From assembly GCF_035594765.1 (NCBI RefSeq), contig NC_085844.1, forward strand, positions 61,891,923-61,955,922: a DNA stretch of 64,000 bases. Direction: 5' to 3'. Below, in pieces: positions 23,801 through 38,675 of this stretch. A program made the translations under genes and the position numbers. The notes under the pieces were generated by a model. It did not search any database and had not been told where the DNA came from. It was given only the letters and a program-made list of their open reading frames with translations. Source of the DNA: Anolis carolinensis. Taxonomy: Eukaryota. Positions within the stretch are counted from its first letter, which is position 1, and the number at the start of each line of letters is the position of its first letter.

Positions 23801-25704
23801 CTCATGTCCTGTATTGTGTGTTTTTAAATATGTATTTCACAGAAATACATTTTAATATATGCATTATACATAATATTTTATGAAGTATTTTAACTATGCT
23901 GTGTTCTACCTCAAACCAGGCAAAGAGTAAAATATAATAATCATCATCATCATAGGAATTATAGTTCCCGCCCCATGTCCTAATAGGTGCCATCACCGCC
24001 CCCCTGGATCGCTCCAGCGCCCACCGGGGGGCGGTAGCGCCCACTTTGGGAATCACTGTTCTAAAATACATTTAGAGATTATATATTTTTTCACTAGCCT
24101 CCTTTTAAAAATTATTTTCATTTTAATGGCCAGACGATAGATTTGTGCTTTTGAAAATATAGTGGAGGTAATTGATCAAGTAGGCTTATCTGCATTCCTT
24201 CTTTCTCTCTGTTTTACTCTTCATACATACTCAAAGAGATTTTGGAGGCAGTTGTTGTTAAACTAGGTACACACACAGTGCTACAACTGAACAGGTTAGG
24301 ACTGAATCTCTTTGTTTCCAAATTCACACTTCATTGATGGCATTGCTTACAATTGCAGACATATTTCTGCAACTTGACATCCATACTTTACAACCCTATA
24401 TCACGCTACAATTTTCAGTGCTGCTTAAAACCTGAGCAAGACAGAGGACAAGAGAGAAAGTGGACTGGCTAGGTGGCTGTAAAAAGCCTGTGTAAAATTT
24501 GGTTTCTTTGTTGGACACTATTGAGGTATGAATTACCTTAGGAATGAGGAAGTTTCCAGCCAGGTGTAGTTTTTTTGGCATAGCCCCAGGCAACAGTACC
24601 TATCTTGAGCCAAAAATCAAAACTCTAAGTCCTATTAAATTGCAATTTCCAGGGTTTGTAGGATATTTAAGCCTGATCTGTTATTCTTGGAGTGTTTCAG
24701 GCATATTTCACCTCCCCCCACCCTCGAATGGGGGAGGGCTTTCTGGAGGTCAGGGAGTCTTGAGGGAGTCCTTAAAAAAGAGGTCTGTACTTTCCTCACT
24801 CTGGTTTAAATGGAGTTAAATTTTCATAGAATAAGGGCAGCTTACTCAAATCTGAATACTTCTGTTCTAGAAATTTTGTTCTTTTATAGTCAAAAGATAC
24901 AAATGGTCTTATTAATAATTACATGGTCTTGCCATGTTAAGTGTGACTGCACAAACAGTTGTGCCCTTAAAGTCAGTATTTTGGGGGAAAAATAATGTCT
25001 TATGAAAGACATTAATGCTACGAGTGGATTTTCAAGAGGCTTTATTTTTTTTTAAAAAGCCTGTGTGGAAGAACTGCATGTACCAAGCTTACACAACTTT
25101 TGCAAGTAAACAATCTGAGAAAAGCACAGGAAACGAGGACATAAAGAGCTTGAGTTAAACTAGTCTGGACTAGTAGTCACTGGGAGGAGATTCTGCCTTG
25201 ACCTTAAATTAAATGGCCAAGAAAAACCACCCACTTTGATCATGGTTCACTCACGTCACCTCTCATGAAAACTGGCAGTCAGTTTTTCCAAGAATGTAAT
25301 ATCCTTCCTGTAGCAAAGCAATCTGGCCAGTGTCTAGAGAGGAGAGTGTAAGAACAGGCTGGTTGAGTCTTATGAAGGCAAAGTGTTATGTCTGTCATAC
25401 TGTATAAATAACATCTCCTCACTGTTCAGACAGTCTTCTCAGTTTCAGTGTAAAGTGTAAATGACCAAAGCTGGATGATTTCGGACTTGATGAAATCTGA
25501 GTGGTGGCACTGATCATGCAGAAGTTTGTGGTTTTTATCTTGCTGAAGTTTGCTGCAATACCCTACAATACAAACCTATCCATGATAAGTCCCCCCCCCC
25601 CCCATTAATGCACTTAAAATGACAAAGTTTGAGCCATGGTGACTACTTTTTAATTACTGTACTTTCATGTTAGTAATTTATGTATAAACTTGAACATGAC
25701 ATAG

Positions 25705-25915
25705 ACAGCTGGGTGTACTGGTTTGAGTGTTGGATTATGACTCTGGAGACCAGTGTCCAATTCACTGCTTGGCTATGGAAACCTACTGGATGGTTTTGGG
25801 CAATTTGTACTCTCTCAGCCTCAGGAAGGCAAAGCCTTTGAACCAATTTTCTCAAGAAAACCATGTGATAAATTTGCGTTAAGGCCATCACAACTTGAAG
25901 GCATGTAACAATAAC
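25705..25915 (+). mobile_element. MIR-like squamate SINE (reverse copies at ~22905-23075 and ~48310-48515)
   Basis: Degenerate tRNA-like head, CTCTCTCAGCCTCAG core and ACTTGAAGGCA 3' end shared among the copies. Confidence 0.55.
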
Positions 25916-25941
25916 ACAATTTGAATGTGAGAGAACAATTA

Positions 25942-26143
25942 CAGTGGGGAAAAATATTTAGTCAGATACCAATTGTGCAAGTTCTCCCACTTAAAAGGAT
26001 GAGAGAGGCTTGTAATTGACATCATATGTTGTCTCTCATAGTTGAGGACAATTACCTATGATGTCAGTTACAGGCCTCTCTCATCTTTTTAAGTGGGAGA
26101 ACTTGTACAATTGGTACCTGACTAAATACTTTCCCCCCCACTG
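25942..26143. mobile_element. Tc1-derived MITE, ~85-bp TIRs with a ~30-bp spacer
   Basis: TA-CAGTGGGG...TTTAGTCAG...CAAGTTCTCCCACTTAAAA...GATGAGAGAGGC is mirrored on the right; TA TSD. Confidence 0.9.
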
Positions 26144-29100
26144 TATATACCCCCCAAACTATTGGCTAGATCCAAATTTAGTCATATATAAGAGCAAATT
26201 TATTGGAATAAATAGACTGGTCATGAAGAAACAGGCCTCTGATTTTGATAGGTCTGAATATGTCTTAAACTGTCTTTAATTCCATAGTCCTTGAGAGTGG
26301 TAAGTTCACATGCCTATCTAGGGAACCAGAGAACACACACTGTTATGTTTATTGCCACACAGATATTTATATGACTTCACGTGAGAAGATGAGTAAGTGC
26401 TATATATATTACCTTATTTGAGATAAAAGTGAAGAAATGCAAGAGCAAATAACATTGTTACTAGTCCAATGCTGTGTGTTTGTTTGTTTCACAAGCATGC
26501 CTGTTCTCAAACATGGCCACAATTTTATACTTCCCGTGAATGATGTTTGCCAACATTGTGCTTTTAGAATTGTATTTTTATTTCTAATCAATGTATGTAC
26601 CGATGAATAAAACAATAAATTTGTTAAATACATTTTAAATAATTGACATGTCATGATGGACAGGGAGGAAGAAGCTGAATCTTCTATTAGCATGTCACAT
26701 GTACACTTCTAATATTTTTATTATAGAATTAACGCTTGGAATTAACAATTCCCCCCAAACTGTTAACAAAAAACAACCTGATTTAATTGGGAGTAAACTC
26801 TATTCAACTCAGTATCCTTTTATTGTGAATAAACATGCATACATTGGGTTGCATGTGGGAATTCTTAACAAAAAACGTTTTAGTTGTAAGCAGTTGGTAG
26901 AATTGTGCTATAGTTTGAGAGACGCTATATATTTGAAAAAGGATATGTGCTTTAGTTTTGATCTAAATAATTTATTTCAACATGACTGAAATTTTATTCT
27001 TGTGCATCATGGGAGACATTTTGTCCTCCAGAATCATGCTTAGTTGCACACTTTACATAGAACTTGATCTACAAAGTAGGACTTCTGTGACATTTTCACT
27101 AACACAGTTATCAACAATATCCTAAACTTCAGATGCCTGCTCTGTATAAGTCCCGCCCCCTATAATTAAAAAAATAATAATCGAGAAAGTGGGCTAGCAT
27201 TTTTTTTCCATTTCATGTAGTGTGTGTGTATGTTTCTTCAAGTTAGCTATTGACTTAAGACAATCCATTACTTTCATAGGGTTTTCCTAGGCTCGGAATA
27301 CTCAAAAATGGTTTTGCCACTTTCTTTGCGTGAAATATAAACTATAGCACCTGGTATTCATTGTCAGGGCTGACTGCCAAGATCAGACAGGATCTGGTGC
27401 CTTTAAGGTCTATAGTCTGAGTTCCCATCTACACTGTCCTTATATCCTAGGATCTGATCCCAGATTATCTGCTTTGAACTGGATTATATGAGTCTCCATT
27501 GCCATATAATCTGTGATAAATAGATTATCTGGGATCACATCCTGGGGTATAAGGACAGTGTAGAAGGGGCTTGAGATCTTTTTGACTCAATGTAGCATAT
27601 CAGGTCTAAAATACTTCATACTATTTCCCATGAGACAGAACTAATATTCAAGTAGATGATAGAACTGCACCTGGTGGTTGACTGATACTATCAATTGTTT
27701 TATTCTTGTTTTACATTGTGTTACTGTTTTTATCTTTTATACTGTTAATTGTATTTATATTGTTGTTTATTTCATCAATGTTGTTCGGGCCTTTGCCCCA
27801 TGTAAGTCGCACCGAGTCCCCACGGGGAGATGGTGGAGGGGTATAAATAAAGTTTTTTTTAATTAGGTGACCAACTTTGGGGGAAATATAAATTGCTTCT
27901 GTATCATTGAGAATAATTGGGACCAGTAAATATCCCTAAAACAAGACATGTACACTTTATATGTTATCTTATTTTGCTTGTGATCTACTTTGCATTTTCT
28001 GGCTCTGTGTTTTTGAATAAAACACATTTTTGATTCTGGAAGGAGAATCCTATAGATATGGAGCGCTTCTATGTTATACAGTATACTAGAATTCTTGCTG
28101 TGAAAAATTCGCAACTTGCATGATGCAATTAAAAACCATACTACACAAAGCTTAGATATTTTAGTGGTTATCTTCTGAAAGTCTTTGGTTGAGTTTGACC
28201 AAAAAGACATAGAAAGGCAAATATTGTTCAACATGAATTTTGGTTTCTTTCTGTATATTTGTGCCTACACATGCAGAAAGCAAGAGGACTTTATAATGAT
28301 GGAGTCTTACCTTTAAAACAGTGTCATGCAAGGAAAATGAAATACTGATAACAGAAAGAACGTGCATGAAAGGTTTTGTTTAGCATTTTAAAAATAATCA
28401 AGAAAGAAAATCTGGTATTGACTGATTCTTTTTATCAGAAAATTGTGAAGTGCAGCTGTGGGGTTGACTCACAAAATGAACAGATATCCAGTACAGGCTA
28501 CTCACTGGAGAAACTGGAGAGATCTGTTTTGTTGATTTCTCTTTGCCTTTGCACTGTCCTTGATAGTGTCACTTCTCATATTGTTATCAAATTGCAGGGC
28601 ACTGCAGAAGAAAGGGCAAAATTAGTTTTAAAAAATAGCCTGCCTTCCTCCATTGTGATTTCCCATGAACTGAATTTTGCTGACAGCTATTCTGAATGCA
28701 GGATCATGCTTTTGGAGTTGAGAAGCAAGTAGAATTTTGCTATTTAAATTGCAATAGTCTGTTTAACTAAAGTATAGTGTTATCTTTTAAGTAGAAATGA
28801 GCCAATACTTTTGCAAATACAAATTTGGTAAAATGCAGTTTGTCTAAATTGCAACTAGAATTCATTCTAAAGTGCAAAATGCAACCTAACTTGTAATTGC
28901 ATCAGAAATTGTATTATGTGTCATTTGTATATTACTGCTAGTAGTATATTTGCACAATTGCACAGAATTATAGGAATGTGGGACACTGTTTGGTCACATA
29001 CTAGTATTATTATCCAGTCACCTAACTGGCATCTCATGTGTGAGTTCTGTTTGTAATTACTGCAATTGAAATATAACTTGTTCTTCTTTTAGAACCAGAT

Positions 29101-30061
29101 TTTGAAAGATAGAAAGCATTCTGAAAGAAATAGCCTTCTATATTAGCATTCATTATGGGATTGGATGTTTAAAATTTCCATATTAAAAACATGTTTAATC
29201 TAGTACAGAGGTCTTCAAGCTTTTTAAGCAGAGGGGCCGGCCGGTGACTGTTGGAAGCCTGGACTATAATTTGAAAAATAAGCAGTCTATGCACACCACA
29301 TAGATTTTATTGTAGTGCAAAAAAAGAAAGAAAGAACAATACAATGTGATCATATGATCATGCACTTTATTTATTAGCCTTTCCTTTATTGCTGCAGTTG
29401 TCCACCTATCCACGAAGACAATAGGAACTGAAATTGGTTGCTGGTTGATGCTTTTATTACTGTTACAATGTTTTGCTTTATTCTGTTATACATTGTGAAT
29501 TGCATTTTTATCTAATTACATTTTAACTGTGTTGTTGTGCTCTGTCCCATGTAAGCCGCTCAGAGTCCCTTCGGGGAGATGGAGGCGGGGTATAAAAATA
29601 AAGTTGTTGTTGTTGTTGTTGTTGTTGTTGTTCTTCTTCTTCTTCTTCTTATATTATTATCAGTAGTAGTAATGTTTATAATGAAGAACCATTTCAACCA
29701 ACATAAACTTACCAGTACTGTATTTCAGTGGAAAGTGTGGTCCTTGGATGTAGCAAATGAAGTGTACAAGCTTGCCCAGAAATGTCCTAAGATGTTTTGG
29801 GTATTTGGTATCTTTTGCAAAGGACCAACATCTTTCATTTGGTTTGGACCAGACTTGTATATTAATCATATTTCAAAGGTTGTGATAGCAGAGCACTTCC
29901 CATGGGACTGAGAGTCCTAGTCTGGCTTAGGAGTTGAGAGAAGTACATATTGTACATCATGGTCTCGCCCTCAGCGAGTGAAAGATATCCTTTCACTCAG
30001 ATATCTGTAGTTCAAGGCAACTGCCTAATGGTGGAGTCTATTCTATGACAAAATGCAATTA

Positions 30062-30351
30062 CTGTATATACTCGAGTATAAGCCGACCCGAATATAAGCC
30101 GAGGCACCTAATTTTACCACAAAAAACTGGGATAACTTATTGACTCGAGTATAAGCTGAGGGTGGGAAATGCAGCAGCTATGGGTAAATTTCAAAATAAA
30201 AATAGATACCAATAAAATTTCATTTAATTAATCGAGGCATCAGTAGGTTAAATGTTTTTGAATATTTACCGTATTTCAGATAAAAACAGTAAACTAGCTC
30301 TGTAAGTGGAAAAGTAGGGGCAACAAAAACAATATGGTATCAACAATAACC

Positions 30352-30390
<39 letters not shown>

Positions 30391-33384
30391 CTTCATTTGG
30401 ATCCCACCCTATCTCCCCATGGGGACTCAGGCCGGTGTCCAACATAGTAACAGGCAAACATTCAATGCTTATATAAACAATGTAGAGCTAAATATAGATC
30501 TACAATTATAGACACTAATTTCACATATGCATTTCCCCCTGAAACGTTTGCAAATCCCTGTGCGTGTGTGTGTGTGCATTTCCCCTACAATATTTGCAAG
30601 CCATATATATCTATATATATAAAAGGATAAAGTTGCGGGCGCAGTGACTATAACAACAAAACTAAACATCCCAGAAATACGAAACTTGGCAACACAATGC
30701 AAAAGCCTTGCCTCCCAGTTACAACAACACAATCACACCACAAAACCACAATCCGGGCCCACAAAACTCACAACAACACATCATGACTATAACAACACAA
30801 CTAAATGCCCCAGAAATACAAAACTTGGCAACACAACGCAAAAGCCTTGCCTCCCAGTTGTAACAACACAATCACACCACAAAACCAAACTGGACCCACA
30901 AAACGCACAACAACGCATCGTGACTATAACAACACAACTAAACGCCCCAGAAATACAAAACTTGGTGACACAACTCAAAAGCCTTCCCTCCCGGTTGGAA
31001 CAACACAACCACACCACAAAACCACAATCTGGACCCATAACACTCACAACAATGCATCGTGACTATAACAACACAACTAAACGCCCCAGAAATACAAAAC
31101 TTGGCACACAACTAAACGCCCCAGAAATACAAAACTTGACAACACAACGCAAAAGCCTTGCCTCCTGGTTGTAACAACACAACCACACCACAAAACCACA
31201 ATCCGGATGCACAAAACTCACAACAATGCATCGTGACTATAACAACACAACTAAACGCCCCAGAAATACAAAACTTGGCACACAACTAAACGCCCCAGAA
31301 ATACAAAACTTGACAACACAATGCAAAAGCCTTGCCTCCCAGTTGTAACAACACAACCACACCACAAAACCACAATCCGGACCCACAAAACTCACAACAA
31401 TGCATCGTGACTATAACAACACAACTAAACGCCCCAGAAATACAAAATTTGACAAAACAATGCAAAAGCCTTGCCTCCTGGTTGTAACAACACAATCACA
31501 CCACAAAACCACAATCCAGACCCACAAAATTCACAACAACGCATCATGACTATAACAACACAACTAAACGCCCCAGAAATACGAAACTTGGCAAAACAAC
31601 GCAAAAGCCTTGACTCCTGGTTGTAACAACACAATCACACCACAAAACAAAATCCGGACCCACAAAACTCACAACAGTGCATTGTGACTATAACACCACA
31701 ACTAAACGCCCAAGAAATACAAAACTTGGCACACAACTAAACGCCCCATAAATACAAAACTTGACAACACAATGCAAAAGCCTTGCCTCCTGGTTGTAAC
31801 AACACAATCACACCACAAAACCACAATCCGGACCCATAAAACTCACAACAATGCATCATGACTATAACAACACAACTAAACGCCCCAGAAATACAAAACT
31901 TGGCACACAACTAAATGCCCCAGAAATACAAAACTTGACAACACAACGCAAAAACCTTGCCTCCTGGTTGTAACAATACAACCAAACCACAAAACCACAA
32001 TCTGGACCCACAAAACTCACAACAACGCATCATGACTATAACAACACAACTAAACGCCCCAGAAATACAAAACTTGGCAACACAACACAAAAGTCTTCCC
32101 TCCCGGTTGTAACAACACAACCACACCACAAAACCACAATCTGGACCCAAAAAACTCACAACAACGCATTGTGACTATAACAACACAACTAAACCGGATG
32201 GCCATCTGTCTGAAAGGTTTGGGTGGGTTCTTCCTCCATGACAAAAAGAAAGAAAGGGGTTGGACTGGATGCAAACTACAAATTCCAGCACGCCATGGCA
32301 TGGAGTCCATGCATTTCAATTAAAGGCCTCTTCCTTCTCCCTTTCCCCGCCATCCAACCCATTGACCCAGTTCCATGGCTCCGCAGGCAGGAAAGGCTGG
32401 GACGGATAGAACGAAGGAAGGAGGGAGGGAAGGGAAGCGAAGGAACGCCAAGTACAAGAGCCCTCCCTCTCTGCCCGGAAAGCCAAGAGCAAAAGGGAGA
32501 GAAAGGCCATTGATCCGGTTATATTTACCCTCCTTTCTGACCAGTGTGTTCTTATCAGCGAGCTCAGGATCGGAGCAGAGAAAGGGAACAGCATAGGAAT
32601 AAAGGAAACAAGGAGAGCACCCACTCTATCTATCCATCCACTCATCTATCCATCCACTCACCCACTAATAATAAACACCTACACAGGCAAGAATCAGCCA
32701 TGCACTGAGTCTACAAGGCCATTCAGTGCTCATCCACCTCCCCAATCCCTACATTCACACTTGGCCTCCAAAAAAACAATTACAATAATAACAATGACAA
32801 CAACAACAATAAGAATCAACACCATCACAGGCAAGAAGCAGCCAGGCACTGAGACTGAGAGGCCAGTCAGTGCTACACTGGGCCTCCAAAAAACAATACA
32901 GTAGCATCTAACTTATCCAGCCTTCATGACCTCTACAACAACAATAATAATAAACACCTACACAGGCAAAACAAAAAAAACACTATTGTACCACAATAAG
33001 ATGTAAACCGCACTCAGCAGAATCAGGCGTCACGATTAACAACAAACCAAAGATAACAGGGATCTCAAGCAATTATCAATCAACACAAAAATTGAAGAAG
33101 GTAACAGACTTCAGGGGGAAATTCTGTCATAAGATTAATGAATATATATTTTTCTTCTTCCTGACTTGCAAGGGTGTCTCTCTTTTCAAAACATTCCCTT
33201 GATTAAGAGCGAGGGAGGCTTTGCAAAAGAAAACACACTGATAAGGGAGCAGAGAGAAATAGATCACATATTGCAAGCAATAGCCTGCAGGCTCTGTTGC
33301 TGGCCTTGACCCGATTATAAGCCGGGGGAGGCTTTTTCAGCTCATAAATAAGGGCTGAAAAACTCGGCATATCTTCGTATATGG
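30062..33384. mobile_element. Tc2/pogo-like non-autonomous element expanded by a ~2.5 kb nested insertion
   Basis: Left end CTGTATATACTCGAGTATAAGCCGA; degenerate right end CTCGGCATATCTTCGTATATGG; TA flanks. Confidence 0.6.
30646..32194 (+). repeat. A/C-rich tandem array of 137-139 bp and 174 bp units, inside a Helitron-like insert starting at ~30610
   Basis: GACTATAAC unit starts at 30646, 30785, 30922, 31061, 31235, 31409, 31548, 31686, 31860, 32034 and 32173. Confidence 0.92.
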
Positions 33385-35749
33385 TATATGATTTTGATGA
33401 GCAAGATTTATTTTTATGTTTGTTAGAAATATTATAAGAAATGTGGCATAAACTTGTTCTGTAGATCCCTTTCTGGTTTTGCCATATGATGAAGAAACTG
33501 TCAAGCTGATTGCATTTAAGGAAACAGGAAATGAGCAGGAGGAAGTATGTACGCACAAAGGAAGGGATGGTCAAAATAAAACTGCACACCAGGGAAAAGC
33601 TAAATTAGAAAAGCACACAGAGGGACACGAATGTATTATTTCTCTAAATTGCCGAAGCAGAATTATAAACATAAGGGGTATTTTCAAGTGATGTTTCTGC
33701 CTTGTTTCTGTGGGCTATGTGATTGTGTGAATGGCTCTGATCTTCTTCCCTATATAACACGCAAAAATTATCTTAATGAAGCTGGCTAGTACACTGTTTA
33801 TCCATACCATGAGCTGGAAGAGATATAATAATGATGCATTTATGGTGTGGGAAGAAGCAAATGACTTCTTCTGGTAGGAAATTTGTACTGAATAATCATT
33901 GAAAGAGTTCTGTCTCTGTGTTAGGATGAAAATTTGCTTATGTAGTCTATAGTCCTGATACTTGTTGTACACAGACGGTATCTGCATTGCAAACAAGATA
34001 TGTTCTGTAGGTTTGTTCTTAAGTTGAATTCGTATGTAGTTGTAAAAGATACATTCCTAATTGTAACTCCAGCCATTTTTTTTAAAGTATTGGATAGCAA
34101 TCCCTGTAATTATGTTTTGCTGTCTGTGCTTTGTTCAGAAGATTTCACCTCACTTTCTGTCCCTGTGGACAATTAGATTTTGAAAATTTGGGGTTGTCAT
34201 GGAAACAGGGATTGGTGCAAAAATTTTAAGTGGATGCACGTTTTCCCCATGATAACTCTTACAGGAATGCATTTCTCTTCCTACTGTCTCATCCCTATTT
34301 GTAACTAGGAGTCATATGTAAGTCTGATGTTTGTAACTTGGGGACTGTCCATCATTCTCCCCCCCCCCCCTCTAGTTATAAGCACAAAAATTGTTTTCTG
34401 TATTTACATGGGTGGGTGGGGTGGGGAGTCATGCAATTTGGAAAATATAATCACCTGAAAATAGTTGCCAGAAGTAGAACAGTATTTTTAAATCAACTGT
34501 GTTATAGTTAGAAAAAAATTGTTCCAAAGCAATCACTTTATCATATTTCTGACCATGACTTTATTTAATCTACAGTTATTTGCAATAGCTGAGAAAGGTT
34601 ATATAAAGACTTCTTGGAAGGATACCTTGAATATCTTATTTTGAATGATGAGGCTTTTAGAGCATTATATCTGAAAGTCTGTGCCTCCCTATTCAAACTT
34701 GAAAGATTCTTAAGGTCCTCTCTGTGTCACTGTGATTACAGGCTCTCCCACAGAAGAGAGTGTGGGAGAGAGCCTTTTTAGTTGTTGCTCCCAGTTTAGG
34801 CTTCCCTTCCAGAGGAGGTTAGACTGATGCCCCCTCTGCTCTTCCTTCACCAACAGACAAATATATTTTCATGCAAACAGGTTTTTTAATTGGTAACTCC
34901 TCTATTTTTATTTTACTTTGCTTTTAAATTATTTTAATTTCAATGTGATGATTTCTTTAACTGTGTTTCAATTTTTACCATCAAGTTTTTAGCTGCTCTT
35001 GTTTTTAGCCTTTGTAAACTGCATCAGTTTCTATTTTGAGAGAAAAATGTCATATATAAATAATAAAGTAATACATGCATATTAAATATGAACTAATGCA
35101 ATTTACCTTAGAAATGTCTAGCCTACCAAAATATTCAATAGGTAGAAGCTGGTTGTTATGTGTCAATGATTTAAACAAGGAAGAGAAACAGGATATGAAG
35201 GCAAATAAAGGTTGCCAAAGTAAAAACAATTAATCTTGTTACTGTGTTTTTAAACAATTTGGACTGTTTTGTTACTTGGATTGTTAAGCTGAAGCTTTGG
35301 GTACTAGCATAGCTTTGTCCCATTATTAATTCTGCCCTGCTGAGCAATATATATTTTAGGGAGAACAGAGAAATTTTAAACTGATAGGGCTATATGCCCA
35401 GAACCAAACCCACACCCAAATCACACTGCCTTGGACAACAATGAAATCCATTGTTTATCTAAAGTAAGGTTGTCAGGATGCTTTTGGTAACATTTCAGGT
35501 GAAAAGAGAGAGATGCTGGAGATCACTATCCTATAATATGAATTCTATCTGAGTTTAAAATTATTTTGAAATGGGAAATAAGGCTAGGCATGTAGGGATA
35601 TTTCAGAAGAAAAATGATTGGGAGGAGGAAGATTTTTCTTTGTGAAAGTGATTCCTGTGGGAAAGAATCATAACAGTGGGGTGAGGTGGGGTGGGGGTAA
35701 TGAAAATCATTACTGGAATTAATTATGGTACACATAATGTACATATGTA

Positions 35750-36068
35750 CCGGTGACATAGTGGGTTAAACTGCTGAGCTGCTGAACTTGCTGACCAAAA
35801 GGTGGGCAGTTCGAAGCCAGGAAGCAATGTGAGCTCTGGCTGTTAGCCCCAGCTTCTGCTAACCTAGCTGATCAAAAACATTCAAATGTGAGTAGACCAA
35901 TAGGTACCGCTCTGGCTGGAAGGTAACGGCGTTTCATGCAGTCATGCTGGCCACATAACCTTGGAGGTGTCTACAGACAATGCCGGCTCTGCAACTTAGA
36001 AATGGAGATGAGCACAACCCCCAGAGTTGGACATGACTAGATTTAATGTCAGGGGAAAGCCTTTACCT
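35750..36068 (+). mobile_element. Sauria SINE, near full length
   Basis: tRNA-like head (A box, GTTCGAAGCC B box), characteristic body and a CCTTTACCT tail. Confidence 0.85.
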
Positions 36069-36278
36069 ACTTAATGTATAGCTATGGTGAAACAGTGCCT
36101 ATTTCAATGATCAAATGTTTCTCCAGAAATAATGTTTTTTTTTTAAAACACATGCATATGCCAAGTTTCAGTAGCAAAGACCTTAAAATAACTAATGCAT
36201 TCTTCTAAAGAGAGGACATTGTCACAAATAGAAAAGCTTTATAGTAGTTATTACAATGTATAGCATAATTTGCAAATA

Positions 36279-36601
36279 CAGTAGAGTCTCACTTATCCAA
36301 CATAAACAGGCCGGCAGAAGGTTGGATAAGCGAATATGTTGGATAATAAGGAGAGATTAAGGAGAAGCCTATTAAACACCAAATTAAGTTATGATTTTAC
36401 AAATTAAGCACCAAAACATCATGTTATACAACAAATTTGACAGAAAAAGTAGTTCAATATGCAGTAATGCTACGTAGTAATTACTGTATTTACAAATTTA
36501 GCACCAAAATATCACGATGTATTGAAAACATTGACTACAAAAATGCGTTGGATAATCCAGAACGTTGGATAAGCGAATGTTGGATAAGTGAGACTCTACT
36601 G
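36279..36601. mobile_element. Tc1/mariner-superfamily MITE (same family as 16927 and 17711)
   Basis: Perfect TIR CAGTAGAGTCTCACTTATCCAACAT; TA TSD. Confidence 0.9.
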
Positions 36602-38675
36602 TAGATTGCATTACCAAACTCTGGTTGGTGAACAATATTTTTATAACCTACTTTCTGTCTCTCAAATATACAAAAGGCATTGGTTGTGTTTAAAGACAAG
36701 GTGTATTTTGATTTTCTGGAGTTGGGTAGTAAGACATGGTCATTATGTGGAATAGTTTTATATTTTTGCCTACAGGTTATTACTACAGTTGATTAATACT
36801 GGCTGTACCTGTTGTGAACTGAACCTCCAAATGCAGTGTTAGGGAAAGTATGAAAGTGAGTTAGTTATGAGTGACGCTATAGTGGATTTGTTTCTAAAAA
36901 AACTAGCTTGAAATTATATTTAATGTTTAAAAAACCCTATAATTGCAACCAGTAGCTACTAACACTTTTCAAAAGTCACACAATTTGTATTGACTGACAG
37001 TTGCATTTAAATACTCCTCTCTAGCTGCATGAAAGGATTCTGACATGTGGCTTTAGAAGTGCAACTGAAAAGTTACAGAGCTGTCAGAACCTGAAGAGTA
37101 GACTATGATTAAGGATGATTTTGCAATGGAAGTAAGTCACAGGCTCTCTCATGTCTTTAAGGAAAGGATTCCTTCTAGACATTTTCCCCTACCATAGAAG
37201 TTCTCTCTAATGATTTGGACTGTTTCATCTTTTTTCCTTGCTTGTTGCCCCTTTATTCCCTTCCTTATTTGCTCCTAGGGAAGCAAAAACAATAATAATT
37301 GAAAAACTAAAATTGTGTTCTTTTTTTTTTTTTTTTTTGCAAGTGGTGCTGTCAGCCACATGATAGGGTTTTTTTTTCTTTTAAAAATATGTTTAAAATT
37401 CAGACAACTTTCATTCTGGAAAAATGTCAATATTACCCATAAACGTGAAAATACAAAAATCATAAATGTATATCTTAATGAAGTATATTATTTCATAATG
37501 CAGAAATATTTTTGACCAAGTGAAAACATGGCTTAACACACAAATTAATGTCCCATGTTAAAGCTGCCAGCATTTTATAATAGCATCTGGTTAATGTTAT
37601 GAAATTAAAGCTTTGTCAGCATTTTCAGTTAACATCCACCCCAGAAATTTAAAGCACTGCAATGCAAATTACATGTATGTTGCCAAGTCAGACATAATTA
37701 AGAAGCAGAATATTGACAACATATTTAAAATCAAATAGTTTTAAACATAGATTGTAGGAAAATTCCTTTTTATTTGCAGTTAAAAACAATTGCGATGCTT
37801 GTTTACTATTAATAGGTTTTCCAAACAATGTTTTCTGTCATACTGACCAGAGAAGTTACTTCAGTAGTTACTCTACAATTATATTCTCCAAACCAACATT
37901 CTACTCATTTCCATCTAGTGATTGAGATGATGGGTAGCCTAAAAACATTTGGAGAGCACATTTTTTTCCATTGGTTTTATTTTGTACTCAAACAGAAATG
38001 AATACAAGAATAACCTCATGGGGGATACCTTTCTGAACTTACCAAGGAAATATGAAGATGTAAAACAGTAAAACCCTTTGAAGTAAACACCTTCCAGTGG
38101 AAGCATGTCACCAGGACACAGAAAATGTTTACAGGGAATATCTCTCTAGCCTTCCTTGGTCTTCCAGCACAACTCTGTGGTCAATTTCCACCCGAAGTAT
38201 ACTATAGAATCACGCTGGAGGCCCCAGAAAATGGCTAGAGAGAACATGTTTGGACACAGGTAAGTGAAACCACAGATACTGGCCATGCAGATAAAGGGAT
38301 CGTTTTGTACTGAATCTCGCAATTTTTGATGTAGAGTGGGACATTTTAATAAATTTAATTGATAGCCTAATACATTACAGCTATCTATTTAATCAGTGGG
38401 TCCCAATTTTAACTGGCAAGGGTATATTTTATTTAAGAGGGTTTATGTTTCATTTTTTGGAAAAAAAATTTTTGAATCTGGGACAAAACAGAAAACGTAG
38501 AAGACAACATAACTGTAGGATTTCCTTTTAAATGTGTTCTTTTTCCCAGTTGTATTTTTTTCAATAACTTAAAAAGAGCCGTATTGAGATTTTGATAATG
38601 TGTACATTTCTTTAAATATATTGATACACCGCTGATAATCAACTGAACAATTTAAATAGTTGGTATGTTTACTAT

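Noticed and set aside
30644-31174. 176-aa Thr/Gln-rich ORF
   Set aside because: It is a translation of the A/C-rich tandem array, and the frame changes between units.
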